A DNA stretch of 63,364 bases, counting the filler, from Reticulomyxa filosa (Eukaryota > Protista > Foraminifera), in NCBI GenBank assembly GCA_000512085.1. It is 20 parts of 20 records of this genome, joined end to end, with 100 filler letters (N's around TTAATTAATTAA, not from the genome) between each part and the next. Parts side by side here need not be neighbours in the genome. Positions count along the whole stretch, not along the records: positions 47,096 to 54,740 come from ASPP01027371.1; positions 54,841 to 60,514 come from ASPP01026814.1; positions 60,615 to 61,850 come from ASPP01033336.1; positions 61,951 to 63,364 come from ASPP01019734.1; 16 more parts are not named here. One strand, 5' to 3'. Made by a program: the position numbers and the translations under genes. Below are positions 50,391 through 63,364 of the stretch, piece after piece. The notes beneath the pieces are model-generated. The model saw only the letters and a program-made list of their open reading frames with translations. It ran no database searches and had not been told where the DNA came from. Position 1 is the first letter of the stretch, and each line of letters starts with the position of its first letter.

Positions 50391-52547
50391 ATGGCACTCT
50401 GCACTGGCTTGAAGAAGATCAAGTATGCACTAACATTTTGTTTGATATGTGCAATATACTTTTGCACAGTGGAGCCAAAGACAAATGTTAAGCTAGAACA
50501 ATCTCAAGAAATTCCTTCCTTTCTGTGGCGAGTTGACAGCAAAAACTCAAAATTGTGGGATAGTAAATTAAGACTTGCGTCCAAGTCTTTTCGTGTTGCC
50601 CCAAAAATAAATGCTGAAGGCGGTGTGCAATTGACAGTATATCCTAGTCAATTGGAGACTCCAAATGGCTCAGGAGTTGTGACATTGGAGTGGCAAAACG
50701 TATCCAGCCCAACAACTCAAGATTGGATAGGTACACCAAAAAAAAATAAAATACGTATACGTTATATGAGGAGATGATAATTGTGTATTATATGTGAAAG
50801 GAATTTATTGTCCGGCAAATAGTAGCAACGAGGATTACATCGACTATGTGTGGACCAATGGCATACCGGATGGGTCGATGAATGTGACATTATGGAACAT
50901 GCGCGACGATTATGAGCTGCGTTATTTTAGTGACAAAGATGGCAACGAATATTGGCTACGCGCAACAAGCAACGTGGTGACAGTGAATAAGTATCAGCCG
51001 TTGCAAGGACATCTTTCGTTGACAGAAAATGGATGTAGTGAAATGCGCATGATGTGGGTCTCTTCAAACGTCGATGAATTCGTCCCGAGAGTGCGCGTCG
51101 GTGCACAAAATGGAGTCTATACTGCCGAATACGTTGCCAAAGGACATACGTATAATACCTCGCAAATGTGCTATTCCGGAGCCAGTATCATATCCCCGCA
51201 GTGGTACCGAGACCCTGGGACGATCTACGACGCGCTCCTCACAAACCTTACGTGCAACACGATGTATTACTTCATTTTTGGCAGCGACAAAGAATGGAGC
51301 CAGCAGTCTACCTTTATCACCGCAAGCAATGATCCTGACGATACATTTGAATTTGTCATGTATGGCGATGTTAAGAGCATTCATATATACGTAAATATGT
51401 ATACGTGTATGTATACGTGTATGTATATACGTTAATCTATTACAAAAACATGCAGATGGGCATCTCTCCACCACCAGGAGGTGTGACAACGGCAGCGAAT
51501 TTGGCACAATACGAGCCAAACTTACGATTGATATTGCACGTCGGTGATTTATCCTACGCATTAGGCCATGGATACATTTGGGAACAATGGAGTAACTTGG
51601 TGACGCCCATTGCGTCCAAAGTTCCATATATGGTCTCTGTGGGTATGTTTGACGTAATGATCCCTTTTTTTTTTTTTTTTTTTTAATGAGCATGCATACA
51701 TGTATGTACACATGTGTATACGTACGTGCAAGTTACATTTTTTTTTTTATTTTTTTTTGGATAGCTTAATTTGTGTGTTTGTTTGAGTAAAGGTAATCAC
51801 GAATATGATCACTTACAAAACTCGAGCAGCAAAGACAATGAGGATATTAGTGGAGCAGCTAACAATGGGTATCATCCTGACTGGGGTAATTTTGGAGACG
51901 ATAGCAATGGCGAATGTGGAGTACCGACGGCGGAGCGCTATCACATGCCGGATAATGGCAACCAAGTGTTTTGGTATTCGTTTGACTTTCAAAGCGTGCA
52001 TTTTGTGATGTTGAGCAGCGAACATAACCTGAGTCAAGGCAGTGAGGCTTATCAATGGTTAAAACAGGACTTGCAAATGGCTGATGCGCAACGCGATCGT
52101 TTTCCTTGGATCATTGTCAATCTGCATCGCCCTTTATACGTAAGCGAGTCATACCCCAGCGATCTCCAAGTGGCTGAACATCTAAAGTTGGAGTTGGAAA
52201 CACTGCTGTACGAGTTTGGAGTCGATGTCGTGTTTTCGGGCCATTTCCATGCCTACCAGCGAACATGCGCGGTGTATCACGATCAGTGTATTGGCGAAAA
52301 AAATGGAGGCATCACTCATATCATGATTGGTACCGCTGGCAAGACTTTGGACGATCAACATTTCTTACCAATGCAGTGGAACGAGTTCAATGACATACAG
52401 TTTGGATATGGCAAAATCTTTGTCAACTCGTCCACCTTACTCTTTCAATTTCTTCGAAACTCAGACAGAGCTGTTGTTGACTCTGTCACTTTGTATAAAT
52501 ATGACTCTGTTCAAAAAAGTTTAGAGGGAGAGCAGAAAATAAAATAA
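50391..52547 (+). CDS. Purple acid phosphatase (secreted metallophosphoesterase)
   Basis: Exons 50391-50730, 50801-51369, 51456-51642, 51793-52547; YGDMG, VGDLSYA, GNHE, LHRP, GHFH; signal peptide. Confidence 0.93.
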
Positions 52548-52829
52548 AAGAAGGAGTACGTACTGAAAAATAAACTCTTGTTTTATTTTATTTTATTTTT
52601 TTTTTGTGTTATATTTCTGATCAAAAGCTTTTTTCATTTATACTTTGTATAAAAAAAAAATTTTCTTTTTAATTAAAAACTTTGACACTGGTTAATCTTC
52701 TTTCTTGAAAGAATTTTTTTTGTCAAAATATTCAACTGCTCTTGCTTCATTGAGAGAAAAAAAAAAGATTTTTGAATGTGTGGCAACAAGATAGAATCCC
52801 CTTTTTTTTTTTTTTTGATGAGTAATGTT

Positions 52830-53562
52830 AGTTCGAGGAACCACTGCTCCACAACAAAGAGATAGTGGACAGAGTGATCCAAAAAGCCGAGTGCAATGGG
52901 ACTATTTGCAAACATATGAAATTGCAATGCAGGACTTTTTCGACGCGGTGGAGGAGCGTTCCGTTTCTTTTTTTTTTTTTCCTCCGCTCAGTGATCTTTT
53001 CATTGTTTTTGTAACTATAATTTAAAAGGTCAAAATTGATGTTGTGTTGTTCCCTCTTCCTCCATCCAATTTTTTGTGTTGGGAAAAAAAAGGTATATCG
53101 GCGTGTGACATTCACATTGACATGGATAATATGAATACAATACAAAATAAGAAAAACGACGAAAACGGAGATTATTCGAATGAAAAGCAAGAAAACATTA
53201 AACTCAAAGTTCAAATTTTTAAAAAAAAAAAAAATAAACATATACATATACATATTTATATATTTAAAGCACTGAATTAAGTACAAAAAAAATTACACGT
53301 ACATATAATGTATATAAAAGAAAAAAAGGAGTGAGTTAAATGACAAAGCAAAAACGAAATTGAAAGCAAAAGAAAAAGAAAAAGAAAAAGAAAAAGAGAG
53401 AACAAAGCTAAATATGAAGGAACAAAGCAAGTGTAAATTGACTAACGAAAGTGCAAAGTCAGAAAAATTGGCCACTCCAAATTCGCAGTTATCACAAAAC
53501 AACAGTACCATTGTGTCATTGGATATCCCGAAAATTGTTGATTGGAAAGACATTGACTTGGG

Positions 53563-53593
<31 letters not shown>

Positions 53594-54449
53594 GTATATG
53601 TATATACATACACGTATACATACATATATATATGTACATATATGGTACTGTTCAAAAGTGATGTTGCAAATGCAAATCAAATGAAAACAATTGGGGATGA
53701 AAAAAGGGCCAAGACAAGAATCGCCAGCGTTTGCAAAGGCGATGATGAGAGTGATGGAAAATGCGAGTGAGTCCAAAACGGAGTCTGAAAATGACAACGC
53801 ACGATCGCAGACGCAGACGCAGATACAGATACAGACACAGTTGCAACTGCAGACAAAGGGAAAGCCCAATGCCAATGAAGAGGTCGCACCGACCATGAAA
53901 GTGGCTCCACCCAAAAAAAGTGCAACTCCAACTCCAAAACCAGAAACAAAAAAAGATGTGCGATCTTTGCCATTGAGTCATAGCCATGACTTTGTCCATC
54001 AAATGGACTCCTTATCTGCCTCTACTTTGGCAAGAGTTTTGAATAGTCGTTTATATATATATATGTATATGTATGTGTATATATATATACGTATACGTAT
54101 ACACATATGGATATATTTATTTATTTATCTAATGTAAATAGAAAGCAATGGAAGCAAATGCGGCATTGCTAGGATTGCCAATAAATAGTGAAGAGCCTTT
54201 GGCGATGTATCATCATCCTCATCAACACCCTCTGTCGTTGTCTTTTTCAGTGCCGAACAATCCTTTTGTAAATGTTCCACACGACAGTCTCATTCCAATT
54301 CCTCGGGGCCATTCCTTTCCGCCGTCGCTCATCCCCCCGTTTCCTACGCATCCTCTTTTCTGCGTTTGAGTACTCTCAAACTCCAAACTTTTTTTTTTTG
54401 GAGGGAGGGAAAAAAAGTCTAGAGCCATCACATATGACCTTTGCAAAAC

Positions 54450-54483
<34 letters not shown>

Positions 54484-54740
54484 TAAAAGAGTGGAGACGT
54501 AATGTTACCGATGCAGACTCCGATTGCAACAGCAGCCACGACAGAGCCAGTAGGTATACGTAGCGCAGTGGACAAGAGCAAGACGAGTATGGAGAGCAGC
54601 GCAGCGCAGAGTGCAGGAAGCAAGCAAGAAGTGGACAGTGAAAGAGATAGGACAAGTAAAACAGAGAGTGTAAAAGAAAGTGGTAATGAAAGCATTAGCA
54701 GTAATAGCGATAACAATAATAATAATAATAATAATAATAA
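52830..54740 (+). CDS. Low-complexity multi-exon hypothetical protein (boundaries approximate)
   Basis: Series of charged or Pro/Ser-rich ORF segments separated by (TA)n and poly-A/T introns. Confidence 0.45.
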
Positions 54741-54840
54741 NNNNNNNNNNNNNNNNNNNNNNNNNNNNNNNNNNNNNNNNNNNNTTAATTAATTAANNNN
54801 NNNNNNNNNNNNNNNNNNNNNNNNNNNNNNNNNNNNNNNN

Positions 54841-55917
54841 AACAACATAACCCAAGACATAACCCAAATAAAATGTCTTTTCAACCAAGATAATTTAGCA
54901 TTTCTAGATTTTTCTCTAAAATACAACACAAATAATCCATAAAGACTCATAAGAAGTACCATTATGGAAGTAATAGGATGACAAGCAATAAAAAAATTGA
55001 TATAAAAAGATGTGCGATTATGCCAAGAATTACCTTCTGTGTGAATGAACATAGGATGATATTTGTGCATTATACAAGCAGAAGATGCTCTTTCTGCTCC
55101 AACTCCTCCTTGAATGATGGAAGCATCAGAAATTTCATTATCATACGTAAGCATAGTATCCATTCGACCAGAGGAATGACCCTCCTTAGCAGCTTCAGCA
55201 TTTCCACGATTCGAAGCAGTCGAAGCAGAAGCAGAGGCAGAAGAGCGAGATAAAGAAGAAATTAGATCTTCTTGAGAAATAATGGGGGCATCCCCACTTG
55301 CAATTTGGCAAATACTGTGTCGACCAAAGTGTTCCTTCCGCAAAATCCCAATCAAATCATTGCTATTCTGAGATCGACTGGAATAGCTGTATTTCGAATA
55401 AACTGCCCAAAACATGGTCGGTCCAGTGCTTAAAATGATTTGAGCGTGGTCCGGAGCAAAGGGGTGTACCAGCCACGAGTGTAATTGGGCAACAAGTCGA
55501 TCAAGTACTTCAAAAAATCGCTATGTTTGTTGGCAGCAAACAAAGAGTTGGTGACTCCCAAATTCGGCGTCTCGACAAAGACCACTTGTTTGGAAAGAAA
55601 TGTAGTATCCACATTTTCCACTGGCAAAATGTCAAAGTCCGCATAGACCCCACCAAAATGAAAAATGACGAAATACCTCATCACATCGACGCGTTGAATG
55701 GGAAACGGGTCTTCTTGAACGCTGGCAAAAACCAAGAATAGTGATCCTTCATAAACATTTCAATGTCGTCATCACTCCAAAAGATGTACACCCAGTTCGG
55801 GTGATAGAGCTTCCAAAATTTAAATGTATTTTGCCAACGAGTTGGCAACGAATTATCTAAGGCTTTGTATGTTTGATGAATTATTCTTGGGATTGGCTTG
55901 TCATTGTCATTGTTAGC

Positions 55918-55976
<59 letters not shown>

Positions 55977-56604
55977 TCAAATAATATTCAATACATTGCA
56001 ATATATTCGTATTATTGTTATTCTTATCATTGCTATTGAGTGTTTGCTGAAGTTGCTTCATTTTGTTGTCGGATATTTTTTTATAACTTTCGATAATGTC
56101 GTCCAACTTGTCCTTGTGTGTGCTATATCTCACGATGATTGGCAGTTCTCGCTTCGCCGATCTTTGTGAGTCAGACACATGCAATGTGTTGAAATGCTCA
56201 TACAAGTCCACCATTGACAAGTCTGCAAAATTGCTTGGCAGGAATTCGCTTTGGAATATTGGATTTATTGTTTTATCCATACACTGCTGCTGCTCCTCAT
56301 TCTTGTTTATGTAATTATGGTGCAACCAAAACACATTCGTGTCCGGCGCCACTGTCACTGTCGTCAATAACTTCATTATTGGATTCACAAATAACCAATT
56401 CAAAAACAATACACTTGATATTATCGCTACTATCGATAACACATTACGTGAACACTTTCCCGCTTTTTCTTTGCTTTCACCTGTCCATATCGCCTGCTGC
56501 GACAGATACTTTCGCTTCACTGTCTTTGATACTTTTCTTTGAATATTCACTAAGTTTTCTTGAAACGTCTTTCCAAGATCTGCTACACCAGTTTGAACGC
56601 GCAT
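54841..56604 (-). CDS. GT32 (SUR1/CSH1/OCH1-like) glycosyltransferase, two -1 frame breaks, 3' partial
   Basis: N-terminal TM; IPRIIHQTY, HPNWVYIFWSDDD, PIQRVDVMRYFVIFHFGGVYADFD (DxD), STGP. Confidence 0.88.
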
Positions 56605-57172
56605 ATTCTTTCCTCGACTAAGAAGTTTGTTCAAATTTTTATTATTTTGTTTAATTCTTCAAATGTAACAATGGGAAATAAAAGAATCCAAACAAAAACA
56701 GCCCCCTTTTTTTTAAAAAAAAACAGCGAAAAACACCGTCAAAAGTCCATTCCACCTATCTTCTGATTGCGTTGAAGGAAAAAAACTCAACAATAGCAAA
56801 CATATAAAAATTGGTTTTACTTTTTGCTGAATTGCAGTTGTGAAAAACGGGTGCATAGCAAATTTGTTTCAGAAATGAGAAAGCTCGCACTCGTATGCAC
56901 ACAACACAAATAAAAAAATAAAGATTAAAAAAAAACAAAGGGAAAAAAAAAAATGCGGGCAGATTTTTTTTTTTCAAATTTTTCCAATCAGAAACCAACC
57001 AATTTGGACTCACGACAAAATGACAAAAACAACGATTAAAAAAAAAAAAAAGGAATTGACAAGAAAACGTTGTTTGAAACGCGACCCACCCACAAACGCA
57101 TGCTTGATTATCGTTAATTTTTTTTAATTTTTTTTTTTTGGAGCCTTAATGAATAGGTATTTGCTTTTCATG

Positions 57173-58345
57173 TCAAGAATTAATGACTCGAAGGCATTGC
57201 TCGATTTTACGGTTGCAGACAGGACACAAGCCAGCGACCGGAGTGGAGTTGGGAAGATGAGTCGCAGGAGGGTTGGGATCAACAGCCATCAGCTTGAGAG
57301 CACAGCTTTCGCAGCAAATGTAATGTCCGCAAGGCTGAAACAGTTGATTTTTATCTTGTTCCATGCAAACGACACACTCGGTGAAAATGGAAGGGATGCG
57401 GATCAACTCTTGGGGTGTGTCTTCTACACTGGCCAAACTGTCATCCATCGGATCAGTGGAACCATTCGTCTCATTCGTTTTCACGTCCGTTTCGTCCTTC
57501 GTTTTACCTTTTGTAGCACCGTCTTCTTCCTCTTCGTTTTCCGGTTTTTTTTTGCCCTGCTTCAATACCACCATCGGTCGATAGCAATCACTACACAAAA
57601 AATACTGGCATTCTTTACACACAAACAACGAATGATTTAATTCAAATATACGCTTGCAATTTTTGCAACATTGTGCTTTCTTACTTTTGTTCATTTGTAA
57701 GTGCAATCCATGGTCTCCAGGGCATGTTTCTAAGCTGTAGCATTCCTTTTTTTTTTTTAAAAAAAAAAAAAAAAGGGTTCCAAACCTACTCTTTTTTTTT
57801 TTTTTGAAGTTGAGAAAACTTACCTAGACATAGATTATATTTGCACGCCCGACAAGAATACATCCGAGCGTCTTTGTGCACTTGAAAGCTACATTCTGCA
57901 CATTTTGAAGAGTCTTTGCTTACACGATGTACGGTTAGTGGATGACCTTTCGTACAGGCCTTTTTTCTATAACAAACTTTATCCCCCCACATTTTTTTTT
58001 TTTTTGGAAAAATATTTGCCTAATATGCGCAAAAATTTTTTTATATCACGAATGTTCGCATTCAAGGCTTTTTTTGTACCCTTTTTCATCCTTTTTTTTA
58101 CTTCTTTTTTGGAGAGAGAAACACTCATTCAAACTACTGGATTAACTGGAGCACAAATAAAAAAGACAAGCCGCACAAGCATATACGTTGCCATTCTTGC
58201 TGATTTTGTGCCTACAGTCGTTACAGGTTACCTCGTTTTTTTGTATTTGCAATTTTAGCGCATGTTGGCGTCGGCAGGTCATATGATTCTTTTTTGCATT
58301 GGAAGTGCCTCTGGATGGTGATTTTGAGGATTTTGGTTGATTCAT
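57173..58345 (-). CDS. RING-finger protein with three CxxxH...CxxC...CxxC...CxxC zinc modules
   Basis: Exons 58345-58147, 57976-57824, ~57745-57173; C-terminal CVVC...PCGHYICCESC...CPVC. Confidence 0.85.
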
Positions 58346-59129
58346 GCCATTAACAAAGCAGGGCTACCCCAAAACGTTAAAGCCCACACTCACTGTTCTC
58401 GTCCATAGCGCAGCGTCAGGTCAGCTGTATTTATAATTTTTCTTGCTAATTCGGATTCAGATTTTGTTAGCATAATTTGTTATGTATGTTTGCCTTAAAT
58501 ATTAGTATTGACTGAGTTTTGTGTCACAACATCATCAAATCTATAGAAATGGCACTGATATCGAAATGAAAATTAGGAGATTGTTCAAGAATACATAAGT
58601 ATCGATTCCACATGTTGTAATTTGTCATACATTGTTAAGGAAACACTAGATCTGTACCAAATTATTCGAGGATATCTCAAAATAATACTGAACAAGTCAC
58701 AGTGGAAACCAAAAATTTTTTCTTTTTCAATGGACTGTTAAAAATTAAATGAAAATTGTGAAGAATGGTACAAAATTATTTTTTTTGTATTGTTCAAACT
58801 TGAAAACAATCCGTATATTATTTGTAAACAAAAGCCGCACAATGTTTTTTGCTCCACACCATGATATGTTACAGACAAAGAAGCAAACGAAATCGCAAAC
58901 TTTCAAAATTAAAAGCTTTCTTAACAATACAAGCAGTAGTTGCATGAACAACGGTAATTACATAAAAAAAATAAGGAAAGTACAGCACCGAATTAAAAAA
59001 AAAGAACTTTGAGGTGCTATTTTGCCAGGACAAAAAAAAAATAAAGCAACAGAATGCTGGCGGCTCCATACTGTTATTTAAGTGTACCGAGTATGTTTGA
59101 TAGTTTAGAATCATTCGTTTTGGTTGAAA

Positions 59130-60468
59130 ATGAAGACCTTGAAGAAGACCACGCCCGGACACAAACAACACACAAAAATACACGTTGAAAAAGGAGTGCC
59201 TCAAAACTCGTATCCTTTCTCGATGCAGCCAACAATGGTTCCAAGTTCGGCCAGTAGTGACCAAGCAGCATCACCAGTAGTGTTTATAGTGGTATTGAAT
59301 AACAACGAAACGAACGTGAGCAACGAAAAGTTGTTGAGCACAAATAAGATACCCAATTCATTTGAAAAAGTGCCGGAGACAGGTCTGTTGGATTGGGTAC
59401 GTGACTGTCCACGTATCGACGAGCTAGCAAAGGCTGAGGTGGATTGTCCGATGTGTCCAGCGATAGGATCCGAGCAGTGTTTAAAACCGTCACCAGCACA
59501 AGCAAATCAGTACCATACGAGCGATAGGAACATAAATAATGACGAAGCGAATCATTCTTTGCAGCAACATAAGCGCAACAACAACAACCTACTAGTTAAA
59601 AAAAAACAAAAACAAAGTGCAATTTTTTTATTTAAAAAAAAAAAGGAAAGAAAGAGAGGTAGAAGACCAGAAAAAAAAAAAAAAAAATGTTTGAACAAAA
59701 AAACAAACTACCTAAAAAAAAAAAAAAAAAAGCATCGCACGCAGAGTATCCGTGGCCAAATAATTGAAAGATTGCAAAGTGTTAAGCCTTTGACTGACAA
59801 CCAAAAAAATCCGTGGATGTGTCCGGAATGTCACAATCGTTATGCAACATTCAATGGATTACAATCGCATTTTAGAATCCACACTGAATGGTTAACCTTT
59901 TTTTTTTTTTTTACTTTAAAAAAAAAAAAAAAGCGGAACACAACACCAAAAAAAAAAATGTGTATGTCCCTGTTTTTTCTTTTTTTTTAAAAAAAAAAAG
60001 GTGTTTTCGGTGTGACGATTGTGGTCATCGATTTGCTAGAAGTCGTGATTTTCAAGAACATTTACGTGTACACACCAATGAAAGACCTTATGTTTGCCGG
60101 TTTTGTCAGAAGGGGTTTAAACAGCGTCATAAGTTAATGAGTCGTTTTTAATACATTTTTTTTATACCTAAAATTCAAAAAAAAATACAACAAACAAAAA
60201 AAAAAAAAAATGTAAACGTATTCAAACATTACATAAACGTTTTAAAATAGTTTGAAGGATCACGAGAGAACTCACACGCGAAAAGACCTTTTTGTCTGCG
60301 ATATTTGCCAAAAAGCTGTTAAGTATTTTCATTCGTGCTACCTTGGGTTGGATTGCATTGCCTTTTGCTTTATCCATTTTTGTGAAACAATTTCGAACTG
60401 CAAAATAATTCATCACACAGTTTGTCGCCAAGCATAACATGAAAAATCATCGCAAGTTGCATTTTTGA
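59130..60468 (+). CDS. C2H2 zinc-finger protein (4 fingers); start uncertain
   Basis: CPECHNRY..HFRIH, CDDCGHRF..HLRVHTNERPY, CRFCQKGF..HERTH, CDICQKAF..HRKLH, spliced; TGA 60466-60468. Confidence 0.88.
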
Positions 60469-61742
60469 ATCCAAAAGCAGCTTTTTTCATTCAAGATTGA
60501 TTTTTTGTTTTAACNNNNNNNNNNNNNNNNNNNNNNNNNNNNNNNNNNNNNNNNNNNNTTAATTAATTAANNNNNNNNNNNNNNNNNNNNNNNNNNNNNN
60601 NNNNNNNNNNNNNNTAGTCTGCAATTTATTTTGACTGTTTACTAAATATGAGATTAAAGGTAGTTGGACCAAAAAATAATAGTGAAATAGATATGTTTAA
60701 TTTACCATAAAGATAAAATACTCCCTTTGTATGATATTATTAGTTTTTGAACGAGAGATGTTACGTAATCAATCGCATTATTGATTATGGAACATTAAAT
60801 GGCATTGAGCATTTTTTGAATTGGACGAGACGGCCAATGTGATAATTTTTAAAATACAACCAGATAAAGCAGGGTCTTTTTACTTTTGATGTTAATATAA
60901 CATCTTCACCATAAATATTGCCATTTAATATTATATAATGATGCCAAATAACGAAATAAGCTTAAATAATAGTCACTATTGAAAGTTTAATATTTCAATT
61001 ATTAAATAATAGAACTAACCTGTTTTGTCTTGTATTGATTATATTTTAAACCATGATATTTCTTATTTTGACAGATAATCAAATTTTTCAAATTTACTTT
61101 ATTAGGAAGGAATTCAAAAGAATTACATTCAAATTTTGTCTTTCCATATAAAAAAGAACTGTATCATTGCAGTTTCCAAATTTATAATATTTTATATTTT
61201 AACTGTTCATGCAATATTATTATTGCGTGCCTTTTTAATAATAAAAAAATTATTAGAGAAGGTTTCAAATTTCTCAGACAAATGCATTCAAATAAATATT
61301 AAACGCAAAACTTTTGAGCAAACTAAAAATGCTTGCTACAATATTCTCTCCCTTTCATTACAGTCCAAGTGTCACAACTTTGACAAACACATAAACAAGA
61401 CCGCCACAGTTTTAAAATTGAAACAACAAATACAGTAAAAAAAAATCATGGATAAAACTATTCTTTTCTTAAACTTCGATATGGAAACACTTTGTATACA
61501 AATTTTTTTTCAAAAAAATATGTTTGCAATCAAGTATGGAATAAATTCGAAAGGACAACAAGCGCTCTTCTTTCCAAAGTAATATTATGATACAATAATT
61601 GGAAAGTAATTAATTGATGATCTTTTATTAACTAAAAAAAAAATCCCCTAAAATGAACTGACGCCAAAATTTACAATCTGATTTATAAAAAAAACTTTTC
61701 AAATTTTTGCTTAAATGAAATATATACATTATGGTGTATTTT

Positions 61743-61850
61743 GTTTTTAATAAAAGTGTATACAATTAAAAAAAATTGCACTTTTTATTTTATTTTTTCT
61801 TAAAAAAAAAAGTGCATTTTTTTCTAATTGTATTCATTTTTATTAAAAAC
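61743..61850. repeat. Imperfect inverted repeat, about 50-bp arms
   Basis: GTTTTTAATAAAAGTGTATACAATT...TGCACTTTTT pairs with AAAAAGTGCA...AATTGTATTCATTTTTATTAAAAAC; 5 mismatches counted. Confidence 0.85.
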
Positions 61851-61950
61851 NNNNNNNNNNNNNNNNNNNNNNNNNNNNNNNNNNNNNNNNNNNNTTAATT
61901 AATTAANNNNNNNNNNNNNNNNNNNNNNNNNNNNNNNNNNNNNNNNNNNN

Positions 61951-63345
61951 AGATCAGAATCAGCACTTGTTTCATCACTCAGAATCCATGACATTATTTC
62001 TTAATTTTTTACAAACCTTTTTTTTGTTTTCCACCCTTGCAATACATGATCGACGTTAACAGATTTTTAGTGTTGTGTATGATCACAATGAAGAAAAAAT
62101 ATATTATGCACTACTGACCGATATTGGCCTAATTCAATGAGCAATTCATCGATCTCATCATTACCAATATATATATATAATTGGGGCACATTGTTAGTGA
62201 GAAGCTTGGTTGCATGTGCGGAGACAATGCATTGACGTTAGAGCAGCAGGCGTAAATGTTATTTTGAATACATTTGTGCAAATCTGGGATCATTTCCAAA
62301 AATGTGTTCATCAATACATTGTCTTGATCTTGTTATTGTTTTCAGGCAAATGTACATTAATCCTCTGAGATTTATTTATCACCACTATTTCTTCGTATTC
62401 ATTCATAATCAATTCTTCCCTGTGACTAATATATTTTTGAGAGGTACTCGTGTCTATCTACTTTTTTACCAACAGATAAACAGTGCATAAGTAGGAATAT
62501 TGACCAAACACACATATATTTAAACATAGACTTCAAACTTTTTGGGATCTCCAAATGCAAATTTCAGTTCACTTTTACCAACGCTTTTGAAGGTGTTGCG
62601 ACAAGCTCAAACAGCCTTAACAATGGGGGGACGTACACATCAATTTCAACTTCTAGCATCGCTCCAATCCCGAAAGGGTTCACCTTGCTGCACATAGCAT
62701 TGTTCCGTACCGTACACATCGTGATGAATGACACTGTTATTATTTTTCTGCAGCTCATTCCATGACTCCAGCGTAAGGCACGCCTTAAAAGTCCTATACG
62801 TGCGATATTCATCTGACCGGGCAAATACAAGCACGGCGCCGAAGCTGGTTGTGAGTGTGGAGTTCAAATGCACTTGAATCTTCACTTGCACGAAAAAGGT
62901 TCCCGGAAAGTTCCAATTCAGTAAAAAAATTTTTTGCAATTGGGTGCAAATCATGACACCACAACAATAGTGTTCATAATTTTTTTACCTTTTTTTTTTT
63001 TATCAAAAAAAAATTAATAATATGGTCGAACCACCTCTAAAAAATATTTCCCTTTTTCTTTGGAAAAAAACGAAACTGTTCCAAAATTTTCTAAATATCT
63101 GTTTTCCCCTTTCATCCGCGGTGCCAACGTTTTTGCCGTAATGCTTCCCTCGAGAATCAAATGCAAATTTGCTGTGCTTGTTGTTCCTTTTCCCATTGTA
63201 TTTTCAATCCCTGAAATATCTTCATAATTTGCTGTTGGGACAGCATCTCGTTCATCAATAATTTGCCACTGTACATCAGTATTCAAAAAAAGCAGTGTCC
63301 ATGAAAAAACTCCACAAAGTGCCTTCCAATATCGTTGCACTGCTT
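61951..63345 (-). CDS. Unidentified multi-exon gene or pseudogene fragment
   Basis: Protein-like segments 63014..63340, 62564..62954 (frame change), 62129..62314. Confidence 0.35.
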
Positions 63346-63364
63346 TTTTTTTTTTTTTTTTGAA

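Noticed and set aside
53563-53660. (TA)/(CA)/(TG) tracts as specific hairpin elements
   Set aside because: Alternating purine-pyrimidine microsatellites are self-complementary by composition; no unique arms
1-63364. tRNA, rRNA, transposase or reverse transcriptase genes
   Set aside because: No convincing motif recognised by eye; a covariance-model or repeat search could still find some

Overview
AT-rich, intron-rich eukaryotic (protist) nuclear DNA made of 20 contigs joined by an artificial 100-nt spacer (44N-TTAATTAATTAA-44N, stops in six frames), so adjacency across spacers is unproven and many genes are truncated. The style (microsatellite- and homopolymer-filled introns, Asn-rich inserts, many decayed ORFs, divergent beta-tubulin) suggests a rhizarian/foraminiferan such as Reticulomyxa; this is inference only. 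Recognisable genes: beta-COP, RPL11, RPL37A, DPH5, ABCF ATPase, beta-tubulin, Atg22-like MFS transporter, G-alpha-like protein, two CAMK-type kinases (one decayed), Gfo/Idh/MocA oxidoreductase, RCC1-repeat protein, CocE/NonD hydrolase, purple acid phosphatase, GT32 glycosyltransferase, RING protein and C2H2 zinc-finger protein. Most notable: (1) a 106-nt intron that is almost entirely one 50-bp foldback; (2) a PABP-like 4xRRM protein with an N-terminal RD/RE tract plus ubiquitin-like segment and a C-terminal WWE domain; (3) an Atg22-like transporter with a jacalin-like domain inserted between TM5 and TM6; (4) a G-alpha lacking its switch motifs; (5) 3' splice sites preceded by A-rich rather than pyrimidine tracts; (6) about ten single-base frame breaks at homopolymers, most likely sequencing errors. 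All domain calls are by eye from motifs; no searches were run.
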